A stretch of DNA of 26,923 nucleotides from Acidobacteriota bacterium (GTDB lineage: Bacteria; Acidobacteriota; UBA6911; JACQSX01), in NCBI GenBank assembly GCA_036507075.1, contig DASXQR010000030.1:1-26923 (forward strand), given 5' to 3'. A program made the translations under genes and the position numbers. Of the stretch, positions 1-10,154 are shown piece by piece (position 1 is the stretch's first letter; each line of letters opens with the position of its first letter). The notes below the pieces were generated by a model, which was given only the letters and a program-made list of their open reading frames with translations, was not told the DNA's origin and did no database searches.

Positions 1-519
1 ATAGCCTTCGGCTTTTCTATTTGGAAGCTCGGTAAATCGGGGCTCTGGCCGGGGCGGCTGCTTGCCGCCGCATTGGTGGCGCTGGCGCTGTTTTCCAGCA
101 GGCGAGGGCTCTTTCTTGCGGACCGATATGACGATTATGTGGATCGCACCAACAACGGTCCACTTACCGACTTGATTGAAAAGCTGCAGGAACGACGACT
201 GAAGTCGGTTTATGCAAGTTACTGGGTGGCCTATCGTCTTAACTTCGAGTCAGGCGAACGCGTTATCGCCACCCCGTTCGGATTGTGGCGATTTACAAGG
301 ATGTCGCGTTACCAGCAAAGCGTCTCCGTTGACCCACATCCGGCGTTTGTCCTGTGCGGACCTGAAGCGGATGAGATGCTTAAATACCTGCGCTCCCGAA
401 AGGCGTGCTTCTCAAAGTTCACACTGCCTCCCTTCGAAGTTTTCTATGACCTGACCCCCGGCGCGCTCGAACCGCTAAGACAGAATCTGGATGTGCCGAA
501 AATTGATGGCAGCAGGTAG
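1..519 (+). CDS. 3' end of a GT-C fold (ArnT/PMT-like, glycosyltransferase family 39-like) membrane protein; 5' part lies outside the window
   Basis: Frame is open from base 1 (IAFGFSIWKLGKSGLWPGRLLAAALVALALFSS, a last TM helix), then a soluble domain SVYASYWVAYRLNFESGERVIATPFG. The paralog at 7327-8239 carries multi-TM ArnT-like segments (GLAAGLGWWVDP). Confidence 0.65.
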   Translation: MAFGFSIWKLGKSGLWPGRLLAAALVALALFSSRRGLFLADRYDDYVDRTNNGPLTDLIEKLQERRLKSVYASYWVAYRLNFESGERVIATPFGLWRFTRMSRYQQSVSVDPHPAFVLCGPEADEMLKYLRSRKACFSKFTLPPFEVFYDLTPGALEPLRQNLDVPKIDGSR

Positions 520-550
520 CAGGAGAGCAGGAGAGCGGGGAGCGGGAGAG
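511..550 (+). repeat. Short degenerate tandem repeat (AGCAGGAG-like units)
   Basis: agcaggt agcaggag agcaggag agcgggg agcgggag spanning and following the stop codon. Confidence 0.6.
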
Positions 551-604
551 ATGGTGGGGGGCACCGTGCCAGAATTCCAGGCGTTAGAAACGTGAGAAAA
601 AAAT

Positions 605-823
605 TCATCGCCTCGGCCCTGTCGCTTCGGATTCCGATCGCGATTTTTTTAACCTGTATGTATTTTCCTTTTCATTGAATACGGCGCCGTTAAGTCCGCC
701 TACAGGAGACTGGTTGATAACGTTGTCGCCAAATTGATGGGTCGCGATAAAAGTGTTCTGTCTGGCACAAGCGAGGAGCGGCGCAAGCGCGGCAAACGCG
801 ATCCAAAACAGTTTTCTCGACAT
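605..823 (-). CDS. Small putative lipoprotein (72 aa), possibly a truncated remnant
   Basis: GGAGG RBS ahead of ATG at 823. MSRKLFWIAFAALAPLLAC is a signal peptide II with an LLAC lipobox. Confidence 0.5.
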   Translation of the reverse strand: MSRKLFWIAFAALAPLLACARQNTFIATHQFGDNVINQSPVGGLNGAVFNEKENTYRLKKSRSESEATGPRR

Positions 824-1009
824 GAGGCGCCTCCGGTGGTTTCGTGGCAACACGGTAATGCATCTGCGTTCAACCTGACTCCCGCCCGCTTGGAGGAAAA
901 GGCTGTTTGTCCGGCGAGCTGGAGTGCTGCGTTCCCGTCTCGAAGAGATCGACGGCCAATCCGGTCGAGTCTATGCTACTGGAAATAGCCAGGGCCTGCT
1001 TCGCAGCGC

Positions 1010-1235
1010 CCAGAGAGACGGCCTGAGGGCCGTCTCTCTGGGATGTAAACTGCAAGGCTGAGACGGCCGTCTCTCCTCTCCCAAATGTAGAAACTCCAGG
1101 GCCTGCTTTGCAGGCCACAGTACCGCGGGCGTAAGCCGCGGCAAGCCACTCTTCAAGGCTCGCCCGATCCCTGCCACGCATCACCATGAGAGAGTCGAGT
1201 AGCGTGTCTTGCCGCGGCTGACGCCCGCGGTACTG
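1010..1235. repeat. REP-like palindrome cluster
   Basis: Perfect 14-bp hairpin 1010-1041 (ccagagagacggcc-tgag-ggccgtctctctgg); palindrome 1060-1073; 28-bp inverted pair 1118-1145/1208-1235 (cagtaccgcgggcgtaagccgcggcaag, 1 mismatch). Confidence 0.8.
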
Positions 1236-1308
1236 ATGATGGAGATCGGTTGTCGCGCGGAGAATCCCGACACCATGCGTTCTACACCCAAAATGGTCAA
1301 CTCCAGTG

Positions 1309-4020
1309 CTACTGGAAGTAGCCGCTCACGTCCAAAATGAAGTGAACTGTGCCCGCAGCCTGCGCAGTCCGCACATTCACCGCGCCTCCGTCACCTAGCT
1401 GCAGCAGCGCGTTATTCGCGCGCGTTAGTCCGGGTCTATAGTTTATGGTTGAGGCAAAAGCGGCAAAAATGCCCGTGGGATAAAGCCGAAGATCTCCCGC
1501 GGCGCTTGCGGCGGTCACGGTGACATTGGCAGCAACGGCTTTAGCTGTCATTGGCACGCCGCATTGGCCGGAAATGTTGAACGTGCGGTCGCTGTTCGCC
1601 GCCAGCGCGGGGCCGCCCTGGGGGCCGGCTGCATTGCGGGTGTCGGCAACGCGGCACGGCGTGAGGGTAAAAAAACCGGAGGTGGGCATTGTTTGGGAAG
1701 GGGCGATTTTTGTTAAGAACGCGTCCTGTATCCCTTTACGATTCGATTGCAGCGGGCGGGCGGTGGGAAAATAGGAAGAGGAGGTGGTACCGCACACGTA
1801 AACAACGTCGCTTGAGTCGACCACAATCATTTTCAGCAGATCGCTTTCGTCCCCTCCAAGATAAGTGGCAAAATCCAGAGATGTGCCCGATGGATGGAAT
1901 TTTGCGATAAACCCGTCGATTGCGCCGTTGTAGGCCTGCAGGGGACGGATCAATGGAAAATCCGGCGAAGAGGTCCAGCCCGAAACGTAAACACTGCCGC
2001 CAGGGCCGAGGACCATCCTGGTCGCCTGTTCGTACGACGTTCCACCGAGGTAGGTCGCGTATTCAATGGAGCGACGGTCCGGCGTGATCTTCAGAAGAAA
2101 TGAGTCGCTACTCGGCGTTGGAAAACGGTATGTGCATTCCGGGCAGGCAGCTTTGTAAGCATTGACGGTGGGAAAGTCATTTGAGTATGTGACTCCCGCC
2201 ACGTAAATGCTGGCGTTGGCGTCTACCGCCACCGCTGTTCCCTGATCATTACTTGTCCCTCCCAGAAATGTGGAAAAAACAAGGTCGTTTCCGGAAGGTC
2301 CGATCTGAGTTACAAAGGCGTCGGGGCAAAAGATAAACCCGGCTACCGACGCGCAATTGCCAAACTTTAAAGGTTGGAAGGTATCTTTTGTCGGAAAGTC
2401 GGCCGACACCGTCGCTCCGGTTACGTAGACATTGCCCGAGGCATCGACCGCGATTGAAGAGCCGATCTCGCCCTGGTTTCCACCCAAAAATCGGGAGTAC
2501 ACAAGTGAGTTTCCGACGGCGCTTATTTTTGTCACGATAGCATCTGAGCTACCGGCAAGGGCCTGCGTCGATCCGACAACTGGAAAGTCACTCGAATACG
2601 TTGTGCCGGTTAAATAGAGATTTTCCTGTGTGTCCAGCGCGACGCGCCCAAGAAACTCATCGAGTGACCCGCCCAGATAGGTTGAATAGATAAGCGCGGA
2701 GCCGGTCGGATTCAGTTTCGAAACCCAAATATCGCGGCCTCCCTGGAGCGCCGGCTGGAACGCATTGACAGTTGGAAAATTAGTCGACGCCGTTGCTCCG
2801 GCAATCCAGACGTTCCCGGAAGTGTCCACTGCCAGGCTAACTTCAGAATCGCCGTCGCTTGCATTGCCCCCCAGATAAGTTGAATAAAGAAGAACACCAG
2901 TCCCGCTGAACTTTGCCACAAACGCGTCGTAATCCAGGTCGAACGGATATTTCCCGGGCTGGTAGGATCCGGCAGTGGTAGGAAAATCTATCGATTTGGA
3001 CCTGCCTGCGACGTAAATGTTTCCCGCCCCATCCACCGCTACCGCATCGCCCTCGTCAGCTCCAGTTCCGCCCCAGTAGGTCGAAAAGACGATCACCGGA
3101 TCGATAATTACGGGCAGCCCGACGTCGTGAGCGCCCAGATCAAATCCAATCCGTCGCGGCGTAATTCGAATGTAGCGGCAGGCGACCTCGACTCTCGTTC
3201 CGGCCTTATACTGATACGCCACAGGCTTGTGCTGGAGAAGGCGTCCCAGCCTCCCTTGGACGACAAGGTTGCCCCCGCGATCAATCGCAACATTCGGCAA
3301 CCCGGGGCCGGTATTAAATTCCATTTCAATCTGTCGCGCATTGGCGCCTGCATCGACGTAAAAATCGTACTCAAGATGATCGGCACTTCCTGAATAAACC
3401 AGATCGATGCCCGGATAGATCTCTCGAAAACGGATACGCCGGTAATGTGGAACGTCCTTGACCCAGCGGAGCGGATCACTCCCGATGAAATAATGGCTTT
3501 TGCCGGGTAGCCGCTCTTCACCTTCTGCCGCGGCTGCGGTGTTACAGTTGCTGAAACGGATTTGCAGCGTTTCCGCGGCAACTCGGTGGTAGCTCACCTT
3601 CGATGGCCGGAAGCCGGGCGCGGGTGATCTGATATCAGGGCGTACACCGGAAAACGAGCGGTAAACCTGAGCGGTGAGTCTTCCAGGGCTAAAGAGCAAG
3701 GTGCGCGCTGCTTGACGCGCCACAAATGCTACGCCGGAAGGCGCCTGACCGATGTTCTCTTCAAATGAAAAGGTCCTCAGATAGTTTCCCGATTTCGCAG
3801 CTCTCAACTCCTGTGAGGGAGAGGAGTGATGATTGGCGGATGGTGGGCGCTGTTTTCCAGACCTGGACAGCGCTAGCTGCAAAGGACTTTGCGAGTAGCG
3901 TTGGTCAGGCAGCCGATACCGAGGCTCTCCGTTGCTGGAGCCAAAAGAAGTGCGCTGCGCGCTTATGCCGCACGGTGACAGCAAGAAAACCATTACCCAA
4001 AGCACCCAATGGGATGACAT
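1309..4020 (-). CDS. Secreted SBBP-repeat beta-propeller protein with the shared C-terminal domain
   Basis: Signal peptide MSSHWVLWVMVFLLSPCGISA with AGGGG RBS at ATG 4020 (ORF track starts at 4056). Typical N-domain FEENIGQ...IYPGIDLVY...LEYDF...IIDP; repeated STYLGG...AVDxSGNxYVxGxTxSxDFP units; C-terminal domain at 1309-1674. Confidence 0.88.
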   Translation of the reverse strand: MSSHWVLWVMVFLLSPCGISAQRTSFGSSNGEPRYRLPDQRYSQSPLQLALSRSGKQRPPSANHHSSPSQELRAAKSGNYLRTFSFEENIGQAPSGVAFVARQAARTLLFSPGRLTAQVYRSFSGVRPDIRSPAPGFRPSKVSYHRVAAETLQIRFSNCNTAAAAEGEERLPGKSHYFIGSDPLRWVKDVPHYRRIRFREIYPGIDLVYSGSADHLEYDFYVDAGANARQIEMEFNTGPGLPNVAIDRGGNLVVQGRLGRLLQHKPVAYQYKAGTRVEVACRYIRITPRRIGFDLGAHDVGLPVIIDPVIVFSTYWGGTGADEGDAVAVDGAGNIYVAGRSKSIDFPTTAGSYQPGKYPFDLDYDAFVAKFSGTGVLLYSTYLGGNASDGDSEVSLAVDTSGNVWIAGATASTNFPTVNAFQPALQGGRDIWVSKLNPTGSALIYSTYLGGSLDEFLGRVALDTQENLYLTGTTYSSDFPVVGSTQALAGSSDAIVTKISAVGNSLVYSRFLGGNQGEIGSSIAVDASGNVYVTGATVSADFPTKDTFQPLKFGNCASVAGFIFCPDAFVTQIGPSGNDLVFSTFLGGTSNDQGTAVAVDANASIYVAGVTYSNDFPTVNAYKAACPECTYRFPTPSSDSFLLKITPDRRSIEYATYLGGTSYEQATRMVLGPGGSVYVSGWTSSPDFPLIRPLQAYNGAIDGFIAKFHPSGTSLDFATYLGGDESDLLKMIVVDSSDVVYVCGTTSSSYFPTARPLQSNRKGIQDAFLTKIAPSQTMPTSGFFTLTPCRVADTRNAAGPQGGPALAANSDRTFNISGQCGVPMTAKAVAANVTVTAASAAGDLRLYPTGIFAAFASTINYRPGLTRANNALLQLGDGGAVNVRTAQAAGTVHFILDVSGYFQ

Positions 4021-4185
4021 GAAACCCCTGGAAGTAAATTTTAGCTTGTGGCACAAGGGTCGGCAATCAATCCATCTCTATCGAACCGGACAGTGGATCT
4101 GCCGGCCAGCGTGATCTGGGCCAGACGCATTCGGAGTGCTGAGACCGTGGAGAGATCCTTAGATAGTCCTTTACGAGGAGATCTC

Positions 4186-6147
4186 TTACTGGAAGTATCC
4201 GACAACGTCAATGATCACGTGCACCGAATCGGTGGGGGTTACTATCCAGACATAGACACCACCGTTAGCGATTCCGAGCGGAACGATGGCATTGTTCGCT
4301 CTGGTTCTTCCGTTGGACCAGTTGATCGTGCTGTTGCCTGCCCAGGAAGTGCCGGAGGGGAAAACGCGCGCGTCGCCAAAGGAGTCGCTGCGCGCAAAAC
4401 CGGTGACGGTAACATTCATCGCCACCGTTTTGGCTGTGACAGGGATGCCGCAGTTCCCAATAAGAATAAATTCGCGCTGCTGGAAAGCCGGAATAGCCGG
4501 ACCTCCGAGAGGGCCGTTGGGGTTTCGGGTGTCGACAACCCGGCAGGGTGTCAGCGTGAAAAACTGTTGCGGCACGGGAGCACATGTCGGCGTTCCCGGA
4601 ATGACACCGCGTCGGGTGGCCGGATTTTGATGGAAAGCCGGCCAAGGGGTGGCCGCCGTCGCGGATCCTGCCAGGTAGGCATAGACCTCCCCGTTGGCTG
4701 CGGAAGGAAACGGCGTTCCGCTCCCTATGATCACGTACAAGCTTCCATTGTTGTCCAGATTGGTTACGACGGCTCCCGATGTTGTAGTCTGCGTGAAGTA
4801 ACTGATTTTGCCAGGCTGATGCGTGCCGTCGTCGGTAATCTGGACGCCAGTCGAAGAGATGACGGCAATCTCGGTATTTGTAGCGACGAGGATGTCAAGA
4901 TTCCCGTCTCCGTCCACATCGGCGACGATTGGGTTGGACGCGTTGAAACTGTTGCCAAAAAAATCTTTGGGTTTTATCGATGTAAAAATCTGTGTGCCAT
5001 TGAATCGGAACGCATAAATGTTGGCGCTGTTGTCCGCGATGACCACATCCAGTTTGCCGTCTTTGTCAAGATCTCCGAGCGCCGGCGAGTTGAATACCTG
5101 ATCGGCTACATTTACCGGCCATCCCGGAAGATTTGTGCCGTCACAGCGGAACGCATAGACCTGCTTTCCCACGCCGGGAGTGGTGTAAAACGTCCCCCCG
5201 CCCACCACGATGTCTGGACGTCCGTCGCCGTCAATGTCGCCCACGGCCGGCGAGGACATGATCGTCTGGTTTACGAAGCGCGGAAAACCGGGCATTTCCT
5301 GCCCGTTCGGCAGGAAAACGTGCAGCCCTCCACCGTCGGGCGTATTGAAGGGCGGTCCCTCGGCATGCGTATCACAGCCGATAATGATTTCCAGCTTGCC
5401 GTCTCCTTTCAGATCCGCCAGAGCCGGTGAAGAGAAAGTCGTATCGCGCAGAAATTTCGGCCATCCGGCAAGTGCGGTGCCGTCTCGGGTGATGACATAC
5501 ACGTTAAAGTCGAAGCTTCCAAAGACGACGTCGTTGCGCCCGTCGCCGTCCACATCGCCGATTGCCGGACTTGAATAGACGCCGTCCGGAAGACCGTCAG
5601 CATTGGCATCCCCAGTGGTGACCGACCAGATCAAACCCGCCGTTCGTGTGTAGGCTCGAACTCCACCGCTTCCCGTGGGATCGGTCGTTCCTTTGAAGCT
5701 AACGACCACGTCGGCAAACCCGTCACCGTCGATATCACCGATGGCGGGGCATCCGACAACTTCGGCGGGAAGCGTAACAGGCCAACCTGCCAGAATCGTT
5801 CCGCCAGCGTTGATCACGTAGAGCTTGCGTCCCTTAGTCCCGACGACGATCTCTTTGACGCCGTCATTGTCCAGATCGCCGACAGCCGGCTGGGTGACCA
5901 CGATGGATCCGGAACCAGCAAGAACTTTGGGAAAGCCGGCGCGCTGGGCCGGAGTATTCGGAATTTGTGCACCTACTGTGGCTGTAAAGATTCCCCAAAG
6001 AACGATCGTAATTGCAGCGAAAGAATACCCAAAGCTTATTTTTGATGAGCCGGGGAGGAGCGAAGCGCCGAACAATCTGGCACGTTCGAAACGCGAAACC
6101 ACACAGCATGCCTCCCTGCGCGGTTCAGAGTGGCGGGTTTTCTTCAT
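4186..6147 (-). CDS. Secreted FG-GAP/VCBS (integrin-alpha-like, Ca-binding) repeat beta-propeller protein with the shared C-terminal domain
   Basis: Seven clear PA[VIL]GD[LIV]DxDGxx[DE][IV]V-type repeats plus one degenerate; WPAFHQNP closing motif; C-terminal domain at 4186-4563. Start codon uncertain. Confidence 0.88.
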   Translation of the reverse strand: MKKTRHSEPRREACCVVSRFERARLFGASLLPGSSKISFGYSFAAITIVLWGIFTATVGAQIPNTPAQRAGFPKVLAGSGSIVVTQPAVGDLDNDGVKEIVVGTKGRKLYVINAGGTILAGWPVTLPAEVVGCPAIGDIDGDGFADVVVSFKGTTDPTGSGGVRAYTRTAGLIWSVTTGDANADGLPDGVYSSPAIGDVDGDGRNDVVFGSFDFNVYVITRDGTALAGWPKFLRDTTFSSPALADLKGDGKLEIIIGCDTHAEGPPFNTPDGGGLHVFLPNGQEMPGFPRFVNQTIMSSPAVGDIDGDGRPDIVVGGGTFYTTPGVGKQVYAFRCDGTNLPGWPVNVADQVFNSPALGDLDKDGKLDVVIADNSANIYAFRFNGTQIFTSIKPKDFFGNSFNASNPIVADVDGDGNLDILVATNTEIAVISSTGVQITDDGTHQPGKISYFTQTTTSGAVVTNLDNNGSLYVIIGSGTPFPSAANGEVYAYLAGSATAATPWPAFHQNPATRRGVIPGTPTCAPVPQQFFTLTPCRVVDTRNPNGPLGGPAIPAFQQREFILIGNCGIPVTAKTVAMNVTVTGFARSDSFGDARVFPSGTSWAGNSTINWSNGRTRANNAIVPLGIANGGVYVWIVTPTDSVHVIIDVVGYFQ

Positions 6148-6252
6148 CTTGGGAGCGAGCTGTGTGTTTAGAGTGATTTGAGCAGTCAGGGCGCATTAAC
6201 GGCGGGACACCCCTGCAACTTGCTCATTGGCAGCCCGGTCCTCAGATTCGTG

Positions 6253-6729
6253 TTATTGGAAATACCCGGTCACGTCCACAATTACATGGCAAGCGCCGGG
6301 GACGGCTGTTCCGTAAACTATCGTCAGGTTCAAGCCGCTGGGATCGCCGGTCGTGAGCGGCACAATCGCTCCATTCGCCAGGGCTGACTCACCGGCAACA
6401 AAGTTAATCGTCGAAACCAACGGCTGGGAAGTGTTGTACGGATAAAGCATCAGGAAACCATCGGCCGTGGGTGTCACAACAGTGACGTTCAAGGCAACTG
6501 CTTTTGCGGTTCCCGGAATTCCGCAAAGTCCGGTGATAGGAAAGCCGCGAGGCTGTCCTGAATTCATCGCCGGGCCTCCCGTGGGACCGTTCGGATTACG
6601 AGTATCCACAATTCTGCAGGGCGTCACGGAAAAGAACTGAAAAGGCCCGGCAGGTTCAACCGCGGGCGAGCCGAGCAGAATAATGGCGATGATAAGAAGC
6701 GCAGACCGCAGGAAGCGACTCTTTGTCAT
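6253..6729 (-). CDS. Secreted protein made only of a signal peptide plus the shared C-terminal domain
   Basis: AAAAGGGGA RBS; signal peptide MTKSRFLRSALLIIAIILLGSPA; domain FFSVTPCRIVDTR...DVTGYFQ at 6253-6636. Confidence 0.88.
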   Translation of the reverse strand: MTKSRFLRSALLIIAIILLGSPAVEPAGPFQFFSVTPCRIVDTRNPNGPTGGPAMNSGQPRGFPITGLCGIPGTAKAVALNVTVVTPTADGFLMLYPYNTSQPLVSTINFVAGESALANGAIVPLTTGDPSGLNLTIVYGTAVPGACHVIVDVTGYFQ

Positions 6730-7026
6730 AAAGTCCCCTTTTGTTGCTTTCTCGAACTAATTCTACCCTAGGTCAAAACCTCGAAAATGTGAGCGATGAA
6801 CCATTTCGGCCCTGGTATTGGCCGGCCCGTAAACTCTCAGGGATAAAGCTTTTTTGGCCATCTGGCGTTTTCTATGAGTATAGCTGATACCCGTAGCCAA
6901 ACGAAAAGCTGTAAAAATTTCACTTCGGCCGCTATCGAGAGAAAATATACGGGGAGGATAGAGCACATAGGATTCTCCCCTTGTCCGTGCCCGTTGTCAG
7001 CGGTCTGGAGTACCGCCAGTCTGTCT

Positions 7027-7326
7027 CTAAAGGGCGGGAATTTTCTGCTCTCGGTGTAACTTGCCCACCACGTCGTTACTCAAGCCGTAAAATACAACAA
7101 ACTGCTGGACTCGGAAGGACTGAAACGGCGTGCCGGTGCTCCAGAGATAACGTTCTAAGTCCTGCGCCTCTGAGTCATACAGCACGAAGGCAGGGTTTGG
7201 ATCTTGCACGACAATGTCCCGGTATCGAGCCACACGAGTCGGGTAAGCACCGAATGGCGTCGAGATTATTTGCTCATTAGATTCGAAGGCAAGTCGATAT
7301 GCCACCCAGTAACTGGCATAAACCGA
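7027..7326 (-). pseudogene. 3' fragment of a GT-C paralog (soluble C-terminal domain only)
   Basis: SVYASYWVAYRLAFESNEQIISTPFG...DPNPAFVL matches the 1-519 protein. Homology stops abruptly at ~7326 with no upstream start. Confidence 0.75.
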
Positions 7327-8239
7327 ATCGGGCTTCTGGCGGCCGGTTACCTCGCCGTACCGCCCTATTTCTTTTTGTATAAGGGCCTGACATCGGACGG
7401 CGCGTACGATGCCGTTGCGGTCTTAGGGACGTTCCTCCTCTATGCGGCGCTGCGACTGGAAGAATCACTGCGGCGCTCCAGAGACGGCCGTCTGTGGATT
7501 ACGCTTCTGGGTTTGGCCGCCGGGCTGGGCTGGTGGGTCGATCCGTTAATAGTCTACTTTTATCTGGCGGTACTGATCTGGTTTGTCGTCGTCAGACCTT
7601 CCGTCTTCGCGCATCTCTCGTTCTACCCTCTTTTTGCCGGCGCATTTTTTTTGGGCGGTTTTCCATGGTGGCATAATAATATCCGTTTTTCATGGCACAG
7701 TCTGACCGCTCCGGAATTGGCGGTCGCTTCTATGGCCGGGGCGTCTGCTTGCCGCGGGGCTGCTGGCGATGGCTTTGTTTTCCAGTGGGCGAGGGCTGTT
7801 TCTTGCGGATAAATACGACGATTATTTGGATCGCACGAACAATGGTCCACTTTCGGACCTGCTTAAGGAACTGGACAGACGAGGTTTGAGGTCAGTTTAT
7901 GCAGGTTACTGGGTTGCCTATCGTCTCAGTTTCGAGTCTGGAGAACGTGTCATTGGCACCCCGTTCGGCGCGTGGCGACATACGCGGGTGTCTCGTTATC
8001 AGCAGAGCGTCTTTCTTGACCCCCGGCCTGCGTTTGTACTTGCCGGGCCCGAAGTCTATGAGATGCTTCACTACCTGCGCTCCCGAAATGCTTCTTTCTC
8101 AAAGTTCACACTGCCTCCCTTTGAAGTTTTCTATGACGTGGCCCCCAATGCCTTGGAGACTCTGCGACAGAATCTGGATGTGCCCAAAGTTGAAGGGAGC
8201 AGTTATTCGAAATATCCGTTGACATCAATGATCAGGTGA
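7327..8239 (+). pseudogene. Internally deleted, frameshifted GT-C (ArnT/PMT-like) paralog
   Basis: 7327-7729 encodes internal TM helices (IGLLAAGYLAVPP...GLAAGLGWWVDP...GGFPWWHNN). From 7730 another frame matches window bases 43-516 (LWPGRLLAA...YWVAYRL.FESGERVI.TPFG...LRQNLDVPK). No N-terminus; reads past the ancestral stop into the 3' end of the convergent protease gene. Confidence 0.78.
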
Positions 8240-9894
8240 ACGGTGCCGGAACCCTGGTCGCTGTGCACGGAAAGTGTGCCGCCTGGGCCGAGCGGAATAA
8301 TCGCACTATTGGCCCTCGTCTGCCCGGCGCGGTAATTGATGGTTGAAGTGTTGGGGACGCTCGAACCGCCCGGATAAAATCGCAAATTCCCGAGCGCGGT
8401 GGCCCCTGTCACCGTTACATTCAGTGAAAGCGACTTGGCGGTGCCGGGCACCCCGCATACTCCGGCCAGCGTGAAAGTCCGGTCGCTGTTGGCGGAAAGA
8501 GCAGGCCCGCCGAAAGGACCATTCGGATTGCGCGTGTCTACCAGGCGGCATGGAGTGAGCGTAAAGAAGTTGCTGGCTGTCGGAGTTATAACTACTCCGG
8601 GATAAACGAATTGAGCCGCTGCGATGTCATCGGCGCGGGGAGAAGCGCCGCGGCCGTCATTATGGGCCAGGTAGTACATCAAGGCGTCCTTCAAAACCGG
8701 ATTCAGCTCATTCGGATTCTCGGAAGAATGGTCAAAACCGATTCCATGTCCCACTTCATGTCCGGTGACCTGTGCCAGGTTGTTCGACACGGCGAGAAAA
8801 CAGTTCATTCCATTGGCGAATACGATGTCTGCCTGAAACAGCGGCTTAAAGTTAACGCCGTTGACAATGCGGTTGCCCATTGCGCCGAACTGGATGTAAG
8901 TAACAGCGAGTGTTCCGGCGCATCCTACCGGATCTTGGATAATCCCCTGCGGATCCCCGAATGTGATTACGTTGGTCCCGTCGCCAAAATTCTGTCCGCT
9001 GAGAGCTGTTTGTCCGCCGTCGCTCAACACGATGTGAGTTGCCGGGATGCTGTTCCAAGCCTGCAGGGCGCTATCGATAGCTGCAATGGTGTTGGAAGGT
9101 GAAAGCGGGGCATTGGTCGTATTTACATAGAATGGAACCGCGATGCTGCTGTCGAATTGATGCCAGCGCACGCCTCCCGCTTCTAAAGTGAAGAGTCGAC
9201 CTGGAGGAAAATTGTCACCCTTCCTCCGCCTGGAGGCAGTCCCATCGCTGACAAGGCTGGCATAGGAAAATTCCTGCAGCTCTTCTGACTCGCGCAGCTT
9301 CATCTGCGTCACAAAATCGTTGGGCCTGGTTTCCTTCCTCCGGCGAGCTGCAGCCCGATCTACTTCCTGAATAGATCTCAATTGGGTTGCAGGCGTACCA
9401 AGCACCAGCGTGCCTGCAGGCGTTTCCTGCTTCAAGTTAGCAGAATCGACTGTGAATTTGCCCTGAAAAAGGTGGGCCGCTCGAAAGAAGCCATCGCGCA
9501 TCAATTCCGAAAAAACCACCACTTCCTCGCCGACGAAAAATTCAGGCGATCCAAAAACCCAACTCGCGTTATGGTGGAAACGCCCTCCCAGTTGCTTTAA
9601 GTAAATCGTTGTACCCTTATTCAGGTGACCGAAAAACTCCCGCTCTACTGAAATTGCGATGAAGGTGTAAATGTTGCCATCGTCTTGCGGCGCACTCTGA
9701 ATACTGGTAACACGCCCCAGTACTATCGCGTCGGAGCTCGATGCCAGTGCATCAGGCGAAAGCGGAATAACGCTGCTGGCCCGGGAGTTCTGCCAGAAAA
9801 ACACCACGGCAAGAATGAGCAGGCAAACGCGTCTGCAGAGGTCCCCAGCCCTTCGTTCAGGCCTGTCAGATCTGACTAATTTCGGTTCAGGCAT
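8203..9894 (-). CDS. Secreted matrixin-like (M10/metzincin) zinc metalloprotease with the shared C-terminal domain
   Basis: HEVGHGIGFDHS (HExxHxxGxxH) and Met-turn ALMYY; signal peptide; C-terminal domain at 8203-8568. Confidence 0.88.
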   Translation of the reverse strand: MPEPKLVRSDRPERRAGDLCRRVCLLILAVVFFWQNSRASSVIPLSPDALASSSDAIVLGRVTSIQSAPQDDGNIYTFIAISVEREFFGHLNKGTTIYLKQLGGRFHHNASWVFGSPEFFVGEEVVVFSELMRDGFFRAAHLFQGKFTVDSANLKQETPAGTLVLGTPATQLRSIQEVDRAAARRRKETRPNDFVTQMKLRESEELQEFSYASLVSDGTASRRRKGDNFPPGRLFTLEAGGVRWHQFDSSIAVPFYVNTTNAPLSPSNTIAAIDSALQAWNSIPATHIVLSDGGQTALSGQNFGDGTNVITFGDPQGIIQDPVGCAGTLAVTYIQFGAMGNRIVNGVNFKPLFQADIVFANGMNCFLAVSNNLAQVTGHEVGHGIGFDHSSENPNELNPVLKDALMYYLAHNDGRGASPRADDIAAAQFVYPGVVITPTASNFFTLTPCRLVDTRNPNGPFGGPALSANSDRTFTLAGVCGVPGTAKSLSLNVTVTGATALGNLRFYPGGSSVPNTSTINYRAGQTRANSAIIPLGPGGTLSVHSDQGSGTVHLIIDVNGYFE

Positions 9895-10110
9895 AGGACT
9901 TCCCTGGTCGCCAATGATGATACTAAGGGGTCCCTCACATCTGTGAGGGGACTCACGGGTTGAAAACTGTCTCTTACCGTTTCCCCAAATCCCGATTTTT
10001 CAGCACGATGGCGGGCTTGGTTGCGGCCTGAGGCCGCACTGTGCCCTTATCGTAAAAAATCATGGGCAAGCTTCTGAAAAGTAAGTTCTAACGGCTGGGT
10101 CCTGATTATC

Positions 10111-10142
10111 TGGTATGATATTCTTACCTCAAAAGTAAGAAT
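10111..10142 (+). promoter_or_regulatory. Extended -10 promoter and palindromic operator of the TA operon
   Basis: TGgTATGAT (10111-10119) directly followed by the inverted repeat attcttac-N7-gtaagaat (10120-10142), 12 nt before the antitoxin ATG. Confidence 0.65.
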
Positions 10143-10154
10143 CGAGGGTCCATT

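Noticed and set aside
1309..1674. Shared domain as a T9SS CTD, PEP-CTERM, LPxTG or autotransporter barrel
   Set aside because: No terminal TM helix or basic tail, no T9SS GxY...K motif, too short and Pro/Gly-rich for a barrel, and no coiled-coil linker of a trimeric autotransporter.
4048..5430. 460-aa plus-strand ORF
   Set aside because: Antisense shadow of the FG-GAP gene; Arg-rich with no recognisable motifs.
9780..9894. Tat signals in the long Arg-rich leaders (also 6147 and 20627 starts)
   Set aside because: None matches S/T-R-R-x-F-L-K, and some start codons are uncertain.
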